A stretch of 64,000 bases of DNA from an uncultured Anaeroplasmatales bacterium (GTDB taxonomy: Bacteria > Bacillota_I > Bacilli_A > Acholeplasmatales > JAEDCM01): contig CAZWLD010000009.1 in the NCBI GenBank assembly GCA_964634685.1, positions 292-64,291 on the forward strand. Direction: 5' to 3'. Shown here in pieces: positions 8,455-18,131 of this stretch. A model generated the notes under the pieces. The model was not told the origin of the DNA. It ran no database searches and saw only the letters and a list, made by a program, of their open reading frames with translations. Numbering within the stretch: position 1 is the first letter of the stretch; every line of letters starts with the position of its first letter. A program made the position numbers and the translations under genes.

Positions 8455-8485
8455 AAAAAAAATAGGCTTCACAAAATGTGAAGAC
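8455..8485 (-). terminator. Rho-independent terminator downstream of the ATPase gene
   Basis: Minus strand reads GTCTTCACA TTT TGTGAAGCC followed by TATTTTTTTT. The core stem is 7 bp. It separates ORF 8602..9612 from the downstream operon promoter. Confidence 0.65.
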
Positions 8486-8601
8486 TATTGTCTCAAAGAA
8501 AAATATCTTACTTATACTATTAGAATGTAATCATCATAAAATACTCTTTTTTCAAAAAAATTTATTCTTCTATTAATAGCTTTTGAAAGGCCACAAATTC
8601 T

Positions 8602-9612
8602 TTAAATCGAGGCAAAATAAAGGCTATTTTTCCCCGCATTTTTTATATTAATCAAACCTTGATTAAAAAGTCTTTTTTTATAAACCTGAAATTTTGAATT
8701 ATTCAATCCTGTCTCAATTAAAATATCTTTCACGTCAGCTGAATTAACCATCGCAAACATAATTTTTTGTTCAACGGATGATAATGATTCCCATATTTTT
8801 AAATAGACATTATTCTCTAAGGCTTGATCATAATCGCTTAGTATCTTTTTTGTCAATTTCTTTTCATTATTTTTAAATAAAATATTTCCAAGAAGTTGAT
8901 AGGCATAGGCATAGCCATTAGTGGCCTTGGCAAGGATTAAGGCATCTTTTTCAGAAATATTGAATATATCCTGATAGGATGAACATATCGATCTCATATT
9001 CAATGCCTCAAGCATTACTTTCTTTGTTCTCAATAAAAATGTTAATCCATTTGTATTTTCCAACTTAGAAATATTCTCATATAAGCCTGTCATAATAAAA
9101 AACACATCATATCCTTCACGTAAAAAGCTTTGAAATGAATAAACAAAGCTCTTAACAATATTGCTAGATGCAATGTCATCGACGGTGATTAAAACTCTCT
9201 TTTTCTTTTTTTTCAAATATTTGAACATTACATCCAAAAGACTATTAACGTTACTTAATGGATTATCACCACTTATTTTCAAAGATAATCCCGAAAAAGA
9301 AAAATTAAATTCTGCCTTCAGAAAAAGTTTTTTTAATCTTCCTTGATCATATATTTTCGCCGCAAGCTGTTCATGCATATCTGAAAAAGGATTTAAATCA
9401 ACAGTTATCCATTCTTCTTCATTAGAAATTTGTTTTTTTATTTTTGAAAGCATAACTGTTTTTCCAGTTTCACAAGGACCGATAATTGCTATTGCGCGTG
9501 CCTCAGGAATATCACTATTAAGTGTTGATATAATTTCGTCAAATTCGTTGCGTTCAATAAAAAGATGTGGTTCCTCACCAAAACCAATATTAAATGGATT
9601 TACCTTTGTCAT
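8602..9612 (-). CDS. AAA/P-loop ATPase (archaeal-ATPase/ORC-like) with probable C-terminal winged helix
   Basis: 336 aa. Walker A is GPCETGKT and the Walker B-like motif is VLITVDDI. The C-terminal part (SSVEQKIMFAMV..) looks wHTH-like. AAGGAG RBS lies 10 nt upstream. Confidence 0.55.
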   Translation of the reverse strand: MTKVNPFNIGFGEEPHLFIERNEFDEIISTLNSDIPEARAIAIIGPCETGKTVMLSKIKKQISNEEEWITVDLNPFSDMHEQLAAKIYDQGRLKKLFLKAEFNFSFSGLSLKISGDNPLSNVNSLLDVMFKYLKKKKKRVLITVDDIASSNIVKSFVYSFQSFLREGYDVFFIMTGLYENISKLENTNGLTFLLRTKKVMLEALNMRSICSSYQDIFNISEKDALILAKATNGYAYAYQLLGNILFKNNEKKLTKKILSDYDQALENNVYLKIWESLSSVEQKIMFAMVNSADVKDILIETGLNNSKFQVYKKRLFNQGLINIKNAGKNSLYFASI

Positions 9613-9745
9613 ATGAATTCAACTCCTTAAAATCTTACACTTTAATAGAACACACTTCCATTTGTTATTTCAATATTTTTTTGTTATGTGTTGTCATTTG
9701 TTGTTATTTGCGATTTCATTTGTTATTTAATAAAACATTACTTTT

Positions 9746-10849
9746 CTAATCGCAGTATATCGTTAAACCCTGATAAAATAATTGTTTATGAACATCTTTA
9801 GAAGAAACATCATACTTTACCTTTTCACCATCTGAATTTATATAGTACCATCCGGTTTTATTCTCAAACTCCAAAACAGGATTACAATTTCCATTTGCAG
9901 AAATCCCAAAAGGTTCAATTACTTTAATATTTTTAGGAATGATAAAAGTTTCTTCTTTATAAGCTACAGTCAAGGCACTATCCCCAATTATTTCTATTTC
10001 TTCTAAAATAACGGTATTTCGACATCCTGCAATTATCTTGTTAGTTTTTGTTTCTATGATGGCATTACAGTTTTCCCTTGAATCATAAACATCATTATCT
10101 TCATCCACCTGAATCTTTTCTAATGAGCCACATAAGTGAAATATACCAGCATCAATTTTTTTTACTGATTTAGGAATAAATATTTCAGTTAATGGCGTAC
10201 TGTCAAAGCAGCCATATCCAATAGATTCTAGATTATTAGAAAGCTTAACTGAAATTAAATTATAACACCGACCAAATGAGCCTTCGCCAAGAGATTTAAC
10301 ACTATCTGGTATTATTACATAATCTAATTTCGACCAGAAAAAAGCATAATCCTCAATTGTATGAACACTATTAGGTATATCAATTTCTGTTATTTCTGAT
10401 AAATAGAAAGCACCATATCCAATTATTTCAATATCATCAGGTATTATTGTCCCAACACATCCAGCAACCAAGGTATTAGTATCAGTTTCAACAATGGCAT
10501 TACAATTATTTCTTGAATCATATTTTTTATTATCCTTCGATACTTCCACTTTTCTTAGATTTTTATTTCTACCAAAAATACCACCATAAACACTTTCAAT
10601 ATTTTCTGAAATATAAATACTTTCCACTGTAGAAGAAATAGCATATTCGCCAATTGCCGTTACAGGCAAATCATTATACGTACTAGGAATAACTATTTTC
10701 TTTAGATTATTATCATTCAACCCAGTAAAAGTATAGCTTTCTCCATCTTCATTTAGTTCAAATTTATATTCAGCATATTCTTCCTTTTTACTACAAGAGG
10801 ATAACAATATCACAAAACAAAAAATAATAGCCACAAAAATTTTTTTCAT
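9746..10849 (-). CDS. BspA-type leucine-rich-repeat lipoprotein
   Basis: Signal peptide plus lipobox (ILLSSC). Repeated IP.SV..I...AF..C..L..I units are typical of BspA/LRR_5 repeats. It is a paralogue of the adjacent gene. Confidence 0.7.
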   Translation of the reverse strand: MKKIFVAIIFCFVILLSSCSKKEEYAEYKFELNEDGESYTFTGLNDNNLKKIVIPSTYNDLPVTAIGEYAISSTVESIYISENIESVYGGIFGRNKNLRKVEVSKDNKKYDSRNNCNAIVETDTNTLVAGCVGTIIPDDIEIIGYGAFYLSEITEIDIPNSVHTIEDYAFFWSKLDYVIIPDSVKSLGEGSFGRCYNLISVKLSNNLESIGYGCFDSTPLTEIFIPKSVKKIDAGIFHLCGSLEKIQVDEDNDVYDSRENCNAIIETKTNKIIAGCRNTVILEEIEIIGDSALTVAYKEETFIIPKNIKVIEPFGISANGNCNPVLEFENKTGWYYINSDGEKVKYDVSSKDVHKQLFYQGLTIYCD

Positions 10850-10915
10850 ACTTGCTCACTCCTATTTCTTTTAAAACATAAAAATTAAATTGCATTAAGA
10901 TTTCTTTCTTGTCAA

Positions 10916-12025
10916 TTAGTTTTCACAATATAGAGTAAAATCTTGGTGCCAAAAAGTCTTATATACTTCTTCTTCACTGACATCAAAATCCACCTTTTCA
11001 TTATTTGAATTAAAATAATACCAACCGATATTATTTTCGAATTTCACAACTGGATTAGCTGAACCACCACTTATAATGCCATATGGCTCAATTACTTTAA
11101 TATTGCTTGGAATAATAAAGGTTTCCGTGATTTGTGCGATAGAAAACGCATAGGTTCCAATAGTATCAATAAAATCAAAAATAATGCTATTGCGACATCC
11201 GGCAATGATCTTATTAGCTTTTGTTTCTATAATTGCATTACAATTATCCCGTGAATCATAAACCTCATTTTCTTCATCTACTTCAATTTTATTTAGCTTT
11301 GAACAAAAGCCAAAAGCGCCTCCACCTATCTTATTCACAGTCTTTGGAATATATATTTCCGATATAGCTGTGTCATAAAAACATTTTTCACCGATAGATT
11401 GAAGGTTGTTAGTAAGCTTAACCATAGTTAAATCACGACACTCCGCAAATGCTTTATTACCAATAGCTAAAACATTATCCGGAATAACTAAATAATCTAA
11501 ATTAGAATGATAAAAAGCATAATCTTCGATTGTATGAACGCTATTAGGAATATCTATTTCTGTTATGTTGATAAACTGAAAAGCACCTAATCCAATTTTT
11601 TCAATATCATTAGGGATTTTTGTTGTCTTACAGCCTGCAATCAAGGTATTAGTCTCGGTAAGAATAATAGCATTACAATCATCTCTTGAATCAAATTTAT
11701 TATTATCTTTAGCTACTTCAATTTTTTTTAAATCATCACACCCAGCAAAAATATTGCTTAAAAAAGTGTTAATATTATCAGAAATAAAGACGCTTTCTAC
11801 AGAATTATAGAAAAATGCATATTCACCGATTTTGGTAACTGGCTTATTTTTGTAAGTATTAGGAATAACTACATCATTAGTTACATTAGAATCAAAGCCT
11901 TCGAAGGAATAACTCATTCCGTCCTCATTTAGTTCAAATTTGAAACCAGGATATTCTTCCTTTTTACTACAAGCGGATAACATTATCATAAAGCATAAAA
12001 TACTAGCCAAAATAATTTTTTTCAT
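10916..12025 (-). CDS. BspA-type leucine-rich-repeat lipoprotein
   Basis: Signal peptide plus lipobox (IMLSAC) and the same repeat architecture as its neighbour. The start overlaps the permease stop (ATGA at 12022..12025). Confidence 0.7.
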   Translation of the reverse strand: MKKIILASILCFMIMLSACSKKEEYPGFKFELNEDGMSYSFEGFDSNVTNDVVIPNTYKNKPVTKIGEYAFFYNSVESVFISDNINTFLSNIFAGCDDLKKIEVAKDNNKFDSRDDCNAIILTETNTLIAGCKTTKIPNDIEKIGLGAFQFINITEIDIPNSVHTIEDYAFYHSNLDYLVIPDNVLAIGNKAFAECRDLTMVKLTNNLQSIGEKCFYDTAISEIYIPKTVNKIGGGAFGFCSKLNKIEVDEENEVYDSRDNCNAIIETKANKIIAGCRNSIIFDFIDTIGTYAFSIAQITETFIIPSNIKVIEPYGIISGGSANPVVKFENNIGWYYFNSNNEKVDFDVSEEEVYKTFWHQDFTLYCEN

Positions 12026-13185
12026 GCTTTCTCCCCTCTATTTCTTTTCAAAACATAAAAATTAATCAAGCCAATAACTGCCAAATATACAAGGAAAACT
12101 AAGATAATGATGATTGAATACTCAGATGTGCTTAGCTTCAATGACATTTGTTCCTCAACGAGGATATGTTTATTTAATAAATCAATCATCACGATTGATA
12201 AAATTGTTCCTAAAACAAAGGAAAAGAGATAAATATAGAGATTTTCTAGTTGAAATGTCCATTGACATTTTTTACTTGAATAGCCTAAAGACCTTAGCAT
12301 TTTAAAATACTTATATTGATCATTAAACTTAATCAAAATTGAATTAAAAAGATTAACTACACACAACAAAACAATCGCCAAAATAATAATAAAAATGATC
12401 GTATTCACAATTTCAAATTGAGCGATAATAAAATGGTTTTTTTGATATGATTCGTAGCTATTAACATGATTCTCTATGTTATGAGTATCAAAATATTCAA
12501 AATATGGCTCAAGCAACTCATATTTATTTAGATAAATATATGAAGTCATCGCATTAGATGAATCAATTCGGATAAACTCATTGTTTAAATCTTTGGAAAA
12601 AATTATGTATGAAGAATAATTACTATCTCCTAAAACAAAATTATTAAAACAATCATCTTTTACAATGCAAGCAATTTTACAATCAATAAAAGCATATTCA
12701 CTATCATCTAAGCTTAATCTTTTTCCTAGTAAATCCGTCATAGAGCATTCTTGAGTCACAGCCATTAGCTTAGCTAAACGATAATTTATAATTATTTCAT
12801 CCTTTTCTTTAGGTATTTCTCCATACATCAATCCTTCTTTTAAGCCTAAATATTCTGGTAACTTATTAAAATCATATATTAGCATCTTTGTACTTCTTGT
12901 GAAGCCTAAGTCCACATTATCTAAATAAAAGTGCTTTGAGTTATGATAATTAGAACTTCCATAACAAGTTATTAATTCAACATTTGAGGTTAATATTGGT
13001 ATTTCCTCGGTTGTTTTAGCCTTGATGTAATATTCACCTTGGTTAATACTTCCAATATCTTCATAGAGATTTTTATATCCTGTTTTAATAAAGAAAAAGG
13101 ATAAGGTCGCAAAAACAATAGCCAAAAAGATAAACATTATTTTAAAAGATCTTTTTTTATAACGGATAATATTCTTTAAAACCAT
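12022..13185 (-). CDS. ABC transporter permease, FtsX/MacB type
   Basis: 387 aa: one N-terminal TM helix, a large extracytoplasmic domain, then a C-terminal cluster of three TM helices. A TAATG overlap joins it to the upstream permease. Confidence 0.65.
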   Translation of the reverse strand: MVLKNIIRYKKRSFKIMFIFLAIVFATLSFFFIKTGYKNLYEDIGSINQGEYYIKAKTTEEIPILTSNVELITCYGSSNYHNSKHFYLDNVDLGFTRSTKMLIYDFNKLPEYLGLKEGLMYGEIPKEKDEIIINYRLAKLMAVTQECSMTDLLGKRLSLDDSEYAFIDCKIACIVKDDCFNNFVLGDSNYSSYIIFSKDLNNEFIRIDSSNAMTSYIYLNKYELLEPYFEYFDTHNIENHVNSYESYQKNHFIIAQFEIVNTIIFIIILAIVLLCVVNLFNSILIKFNDQYKYFKMLRSLGYSSKKCQWTFQLENLYIYLFSFVLGTILSIVMIDLLNKHILVEEQMSLKLSTSEYSIIIILVFLVYLAVIGLINFYVLKRNRGEKA

Positions 13186-14288
13186 TACTCATCACCTCTT
13201 AATTCTAAAACCAAATTCTTATGTGTTTTTTTCATAAGAGTATATAAAATCATCGCTAATAAAATCACAACAGTAATTAAGATAACCCACCAAAATGACA
13301 AATAAATCGGATCGATTTTGACTATTCTATTGAGTTTACTTCGAACCCATATATTTATAAGTAATGATATTAGATAGCCAATTATACTTGAAGAAATAAA
13401 TACAGCTGAGAATATCGCTATAAATAATTTTTTATCAATGCTTATTCCAAGGGAATGATTAATTAAATAAAATTTTTTGCGTTGTAAAAAATACAAATTA
13501 TTAAAATTAAACACACTAAAAGTCAAAAAGATTAAAAGAATGATTAAAACAGCCTTTAAGATTCGGTTAGCTAAAGATATGAAGAAAAAAATACCAAAAA
13601 TAACACCACCATCATCTGCAGCTAATTTTGAGGAAACATAAAAAGGAATTAAATCATCGCCTACATCAAACAAATCATAGCTTGAAGGTAAAATGAATTC
13701 AGTGTAATATTCATCTTTAGTATTCTCAAAACATTCATAAGGAACAACCACTGTACGTCCAATATCTTCTCGGAAAGTCCCCACCAAAGTTAGTTTATAA
13801 TCATTACCATATACAGATAGAATAATTTCTTCTCCTATAGAAAGACCATATTTATTCACCAGACCTTCCGTCATAAATATCGATTTTTCTTTGTCAAATC
13901 CTGAATACTTTTCTAATATATTTTTACTTGCTTTAAAGCCAAACGAGCTATAGCAATTATAATCAGTATATTCAAAATTAGAAAAACAAATAATAGTGTC
14001 TACATTTTTTCCATTAATTAAGATCGGATTATTTTCGATAATTATATCCACAATTAGCGGATATTTTGATGCAAGCTTGTCCACAAGCTTTTTATCAATA
14101 TTTTGGATTTGATATAGCATCGGGCTATTATATTTATCGATGTATTTATCGAAAATATGATAATAATTTTGAATAAAAGCGGAAATTGAAAAAATAAGGG
14201 CAAGGACAATTGATAAAGTAATAAACAATTTAATTAAGAAATACCTGCAAAGCTTAAATTCTTTAATTAATATTTTGAAGATAGTCAT
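13185..14288 (-). CDS. ABC transporter permease, FtsX/MacB type
   Basis: 367 aa with the same 1+3 TM topology. The start overlaps the ATPase gene by 26 nt. Confidence 0.65.
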   Translation of the reverse strand: MTIFKILIKEFKLCRYFLIKLFITLSIVLALIFSISAFIQNYYHIFDKYIDKYNSPMLYQIQNIDKKLVDKLASKYPLIVDIIIENNPILINGKNVDTIICFSNFEYTDYNCYSSFGFKASKNILEKYSGFDKEKSIFMTEGLVNKYGLSIGEEIILSVYGNDYKLTLVGTFREDIGRTVVVPYECFENTKDEYYTEFILPSSYDLFDVGDDLIPFYVSSKLAADDGGVIFGIFFFISLANRILKAVLIILLIFLTFSVFNFNNLYFLQRKKFYLINHSLGISIDKKLFIAIFSAVFISSSIIGYLISLLINIWVRSKLNRIVKIDPIYLSFWWVILITVVILLAMILYTLMKKTHKNLVLELRGDE

Positions 14289-14940
14289 TGATTATTTCTC
14301 CATCCGTTATTTCAATTACTCTATCCGCATATTTCAAATGCTCTTGATTATGAGTTACTAAAATAACACACTTTCCTTCATCCGCAAGCTTTCTTAATAG
14401 TTCCATTACAATTTCCCCGTTTTTCACATCTAAATTTCCACATGGCTCATCCGCAAATAAAATTGATGGATTGTTTACGATTGCCCTCGAAATCGCAACT
14501 CTTTGCGTTTCTCCACCCGAAAGAGTAGTAGCGATTTTATTTTGAAAATCTGTCATACCGACCTTCTCTAAAGCTTCATAAACGCGTTTTTTTACTTCTT
14601 CCTTCTTTAGCTTAGATAAAGCCAAGGGTAAAGCTACATTTTCATAAACGGTATATCTTGGCTCTAGGAAAAAGGATTGGAAAACAAACCCGATTTTTTG
14701 ATTCCTGATTTGATTTATTTCCTTTTCCTTCAAATCATTAATCAAAATACCATCAATATAGATTTCCCCACTTGTGGGAATATCTAAGGTCCCCATTAAA
14801 TTTAAAAGAGTTGTTTTTCCACTTCCTGAACGTCCAATAATAACATTTAAACCTTTTTCAAATTTAACATTAATGTCTTTTAAAACAACCCGTTCTTGAT
14901 ATTGCTTCGATACATTCTTAACCTCTATCATATTCATCAC
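14263..14940 (-). CDS. ABC transporter ATP-binding protein (MacB/LolD-like)
   Basis: Walker A GRSGSGKTT, Q-loop, signature LSGGETQR, Walker B ILFADEP and H-loop VTHN. Confidence 0.9.
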   Translation of the reverse strand: MMNMIEVKNVSKQYQERVVLKDINVKFEKGLNVIIGRSGSGKTTLLNLMGTLDIPTSGEIYIDGILINDLKEKEINQIRNQKIGFVFQSFFLEPRYTVYENVALPLALSKLKKEEVKKRVYEALEKVGMTDFQNKIATTLSGGETQRVAISRAIVNNPSILFADEPCGNLDVKNGEIVMELLRKLADEGKCVILVTHNQEHLKYADRVIEITDGEIINDYLQNIN

Positions 14941-15003
14941 TCCTTAAATGTCTGACTTTTTTTAATAGTGACAAAAGTATGAACTTTTGCCACTATATTT
15001 TAT

Positions 15004-16359
15004 TTAACAACTAGGCTTTGTAAAATTAAATCTAATACCTGTTCCTGTTGTATTTCTTTCAATCAAAATAGAATATTTCTCTCCCTTTATGACACTAAAC
15101 ACAAAGTTTTTCGAATTAATACCATTATATATTACATTCCCCTTAGAATCAACAATGGTAACATTAACTAGTGTATCAACTGATAAATTTATTATACCAT
15201 TAATATCAAAACGAGCCAAGTAATCAATATTATTGACATCTGACTTAAAATAAATATTTTGTCCATAGAACTCAATTAAATTAATTCCACCTTTAAATAT
15301 TTCAAATCGTTCTGTCCTACTAATCTCATTATCTAATAAAATATCATCGAAAGACTGTACAACGATATAATATTCTGAATTTTCCGATAAATTATATTCA
15401 TAATAAGATCGATTTCCAACTGTAAATTGATTCTTCAGTTCTATTAATTCTCCCTTATTTGTTATTTCAACAAAAGTATCTGCAGGTACAGAAATTGTAT
15501 ATGATCCATTACTATCAGATTTATATTTAAAACATTTGTATGTACTCATTTCCCTTTCAAAACTTACATTTCCAATAAATTGTTCTATATTGTCTGATTC
15601 TATTTTGTTTGAACAAAGTTCTGTAGATTCATTCCTTTTTAATCCAGGTACATACGTATAAACAATCCCATTTTCAAAGGTTTTGTCATAATACGCTATA
15701 TCACCGTATTTTTTTATAGTAACACTGCTAGGATCTACAAAATATCCTCTTACATCAGTTGAAACTTGAAAATACTTTACATTTTTTGAAAAAACATAAA
15801 AAGAACCATATAAAGGAACAGTAATATTATTATACGTTTTACTAGTACCATTTACTCGTTTACCTGTCACATCACACTTAATTTTTAAACTAAAGGCATT
15901 TCTATTATATTTAAATTTACCTGAAACTCCATCTAACTTAATTTCCATATCATATAGACTCACTGAATCGTAATCGACAACAATATTATCAATTGTTCCA
16001 CTGACAAATTCTGAATCAGAGAATTTTAATATTAAATTTTCATAAGATTCATTAAATACTATCTGTCCATTCAAAAAATCAAACAATCCAATTCCATCAA
16101 AAAATATAGTATTATTTGGATAAATACCAGTAATTGCAGACATTTCATCAACGTATCCTCCATACAATTTAGTAGGAAAACTACTAATATCCCTTTCTCT
16201 TCCATATACAGAAATTGAAGCACTAGGATCCACCTTTCTTCCGACAAAATCTGCAATTTTTTGTAATGGTTTTACTACTGATCCACAGCCGCAGCCAACT
16301 AATCCCATCATAAGTACTAGACTAACCATCAAAAGCACTTTTTTCAATTTTCTTTTCAT
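15004..16359 (-). CDS. Lipoprotein of unknown function (all-beta by composition)
   Basis: Start moved to ATG 16359 (MKRKLKKVLLMVSLVLMMGLVGCGC), which has GGAGGA 7 nt upstream and a lipobox LVGC. No domain recognised. Confidence 0.6.
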   Translation of the reverse strand: MKRKLKKVLLMVSLVLMMGLVGCGCGSVVKPLQKIADFVGRKVDPSASISVYGRERDISSFPTKLYGGYVDEMSAITGIYPNNTIFFDGIGLFDFLNGQIVFNESYENLILKFSDSEFVSGTIDNIVVDYDSVSLYDMEIKLDGVSGKFKYNRNAFSLKIKCDVTGKRVNGTSKTYNNITVPLYGSFYVFSKNVKYFQVSTDVRGYFVDPSSVTIKKYGDIAYYDKTFENGIVYTYVPGLKRNESTELCSNKIESDNIEQFIGNVSFEREMSTYKCFKYKSDSNGSYTISVPADTFVEITNKGELIELKNQFTVGNRSYYEYNLSENSEYYIVVQSFDDILLDNEISRTERFEIFKGGINLIEFYGQNIYFKSDVNNIDYLARFDINGIINLSVDTLVNVTIVDSKGNVIYNGINSKNFVFSVIKGEKYSILIERNTTGTGIRFNFTKPSC

Positions 16360-16440
16360 TTTTATCCTCCGTAATAAAATAAATTTTATCCATAATATTA
16401 AGAAATAAAATATCCAAAATACAGTCACATTATATTTACC

Positions 16441-17814
16441 CTATTTAATGTTTTTCAGTAACATTGAATATTTCTCTTCTTCAAAATCCTTAATTCGTTT
16501 CAATTCCACAAATTGAATATCATCATAATACTTTACTACCCTGTCAAAATCATCATCGCCTTCAAACCTTTTTCTTTTGTTTTGAAGAAAATCTAATAAG
16601 TAAATGTATAATGAATAATTATTTTTAATAATTAAGGATAACACAAGAGCTAATTCAAATAAATGTTTTTTTATTTTGCACATTTCATCGTCTATGCCAG
16701 AAACTGATCTAACAAGACATTCATGGCCACAAAATCTCCTTATCTTACATTTTAAACAAATTGGATTGCTAATAGCATTAGCAATTAACATTCTTCCTTT
16801 CACATAATCAATATTATCTATATCACCTAGACAAAGACTATCTTCGTATATTCCAGCACTACAACAATATACCTTTAAATCTGAGCTAAGTGCAAACTTA
16901 CCAATTCCAGCATCACATCTATGGTTAACTATACCATTTTCCAACACAAGTGAAATATATTTTCCAAATAAATCATCACCATTTAATATACACAATAATA
17001 ATCTAATTTTATTATTATAGATTTCTTGAATCAAAAAGTCTGTTAATCTTGTATATTGGTAATTAATAGATTCAAAGTCCAATTTATTATCCGATCTTAC
17101 AATTTTCATTGAAATTGTATTAAAATACTTACTCAAATACTTTACGGATTTTACTAAATCAATGTCCTTTCCATCAATTGTAAAGGCACAACCAACATAA
17201 TCTCTATTATCAATATTTTTGACATTATTAATGATGTACTTAAAGGTCGGTTTTCCATTTCTAAAAACTCTATTTTTATCGTGATTCCTTTTTAATCCAT
17301 CTATAGAAATCCCAAAAAGAATTCCATGATTTTGTAATACACTAGCTATTTCTTTATTCATTAGTGTCCCATTACATACAAACATAGGCAGAACTTCTTT
17401 TCTTATTTCATTTGATTTATTTCGACAATAATCAGAAACTCTTAGAATAGTTTTAAGCTCTAGTAAAGGTTCCCCGGAACCAGATAGATCAACTTGATAT
17501 TTCTTTGCATTTGGAAAATCGGAAACTATTTTATCAATAAACCTTATAATATCTTCGTATTTTACTGTCTTATTACTTTTATTCTTGTTAAAACAATATT
17601 TACAAGACAAATTACATTGCTCAGTAATATTTATTAAAATATTGATTGTACTATACGAATAAGATTCATTCATAATATCAAATGATATATCCTCATAAAA
17701 ATTACAATCAAAATTTGGTTTTTCATTATTATTAGAATAAAATAATCTACCATTTTCGGTATTTAAATAAATAAAAATACCCCCAAAATTGTACTTGTCA
17801 ATCAAAAAAATCAT
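16441..17814 (-). CDS. Radical SAM enzyme with SPASM-type C-terminal Cys cluster
   Basis: The CNLSCKYC motif (CxxxCxxC) sits at about aa69. The C-terminal Cys-rich region (HRCDAG..VYCCSAG..CLGD..CLKCKIRRFCGHEC) fits SPASM auxiliary-cluster spacing. The likely start is ATG 17814, with GGGAGA 8 nt upstream; the track start is GTG 17817. Confidence 0.75.
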   Translation of the reverse strand: MIFLIDKYNFGGIFIYLNTENGRLFYSNNNEKPNFDCNFYEDISFDIMNESYSYSTINILINITEQCNLSCKYCFNKNKSNKTVKYEDIIRFIDKIVSDFPNAKKYQVDLSGSGEPLLELKTILRVSDYCRNKSNEIRKEVLPMFVCNGTLMNKEIASVLQNHGILFGISIDGLKRNHDKNRVFRNGKPTFKYIINNVKNIDNRDYVGCAFTIDGKDIDLVKSVKYLSKYFNTISMKIVRSDNKLDFESINYQYTRLTDFLIQEIYNNKIRLLLCILNGDDLFGKYISLVLENGIVNHRCDAGIGKFALSSDLKVYCCSAGIYEDSLCLGDIDNIDYVKGRMLIANAISNPICLKCKIRRFCGHECLVRSVSGIDDEMCKIKKHLFELALVLSLIIKNNYSLYIYLLDFLQNKRKRFEGDDDFDRVVKYYDDIQFVELKRIKDFEEEKYSMLLKNIK

Positions 17815-17856
17815 CACCTTTTTCTCCCAATATCAAATAAACTCTTTTTTTTACAA

Positions 17857-17885
17857 ATTTTAACATAATTCAAATAGCAATTCAA
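17857..17885 (-). promoter_or_regulatory. Sigma-70-type promoter of the radical SAM / ABC / lipoprotein operon
   Basis: Minus strand reads TTGAAT (17880..17885), a 17-nt spacer, then TAAAAT (17857..17862) preceded by TGT (extended -10). Confidence 0.6.
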
Positions 17886-18046
17886 TTTGAAAACGGTATC
17901 ATTTTTAACTCGAAACTATTATGTATATCTAAAAAAAACACATTTTTAATCATAATAAATATAACAAAATTACCAATTCGCTAAGCAAAAAATAATATTA
18001 TCTATGATATATATAAATTTATTGCCTAAATGAGCTTTTTCCCATC

Positions 18047-18075
18047 GAAAAAAATAAAAAAAGGCTCAATGCCTT
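18047..18075 (-). terminator. Rho-independent terminator after the murI-like gene
   Basis: Minus strand reads AAGGC ATTGA GCCTT followed by TTTTTATTTTTTT. The stem is short (5 bp) but the U tract is long. Confidence 0.5.
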
Positions 18076-18131
18076 AATTTGTAATCGATATAATTATTTT
18101 TCATTCCTAAAATCCAAAAAAACACGATACC

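Noticed and set aside
8237-8530. 97-aa plus-strand ORF spanning the 8209..8601 intergenic region
   Set aside because: It covers the minus-strand promoter, the C9 tract (the PPRP codons) and a terminator. It has no RBS, and its low-complexity K/I/F-rich composition is typical of AT-rich non-coding DNA.
9190-9215. A8/T8 run encoding KKKKK in the ATPase gene, considered as a second phase-variation site
   Set aside because: A/T runs of 7-9 nt are common throughout this AT-rich window, in both coding and non-coding sequence, so this one is not distinctive. The G9 tract is.
17882-17953. 23-aa minus-strand ORF (MIKNVFFLDIHNSFELKMIPFSN), considered as a RiPP precursor for the radical SAM/SPASM enzyme
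   Set aside because: It overlaps the -35 element of the operon promoter. It has no Cys, Ser/Thr-rich core or Gly-Gly leader motif, and no RBS. Other micro-ORFs in 17886..18131 are 8-12 aa.
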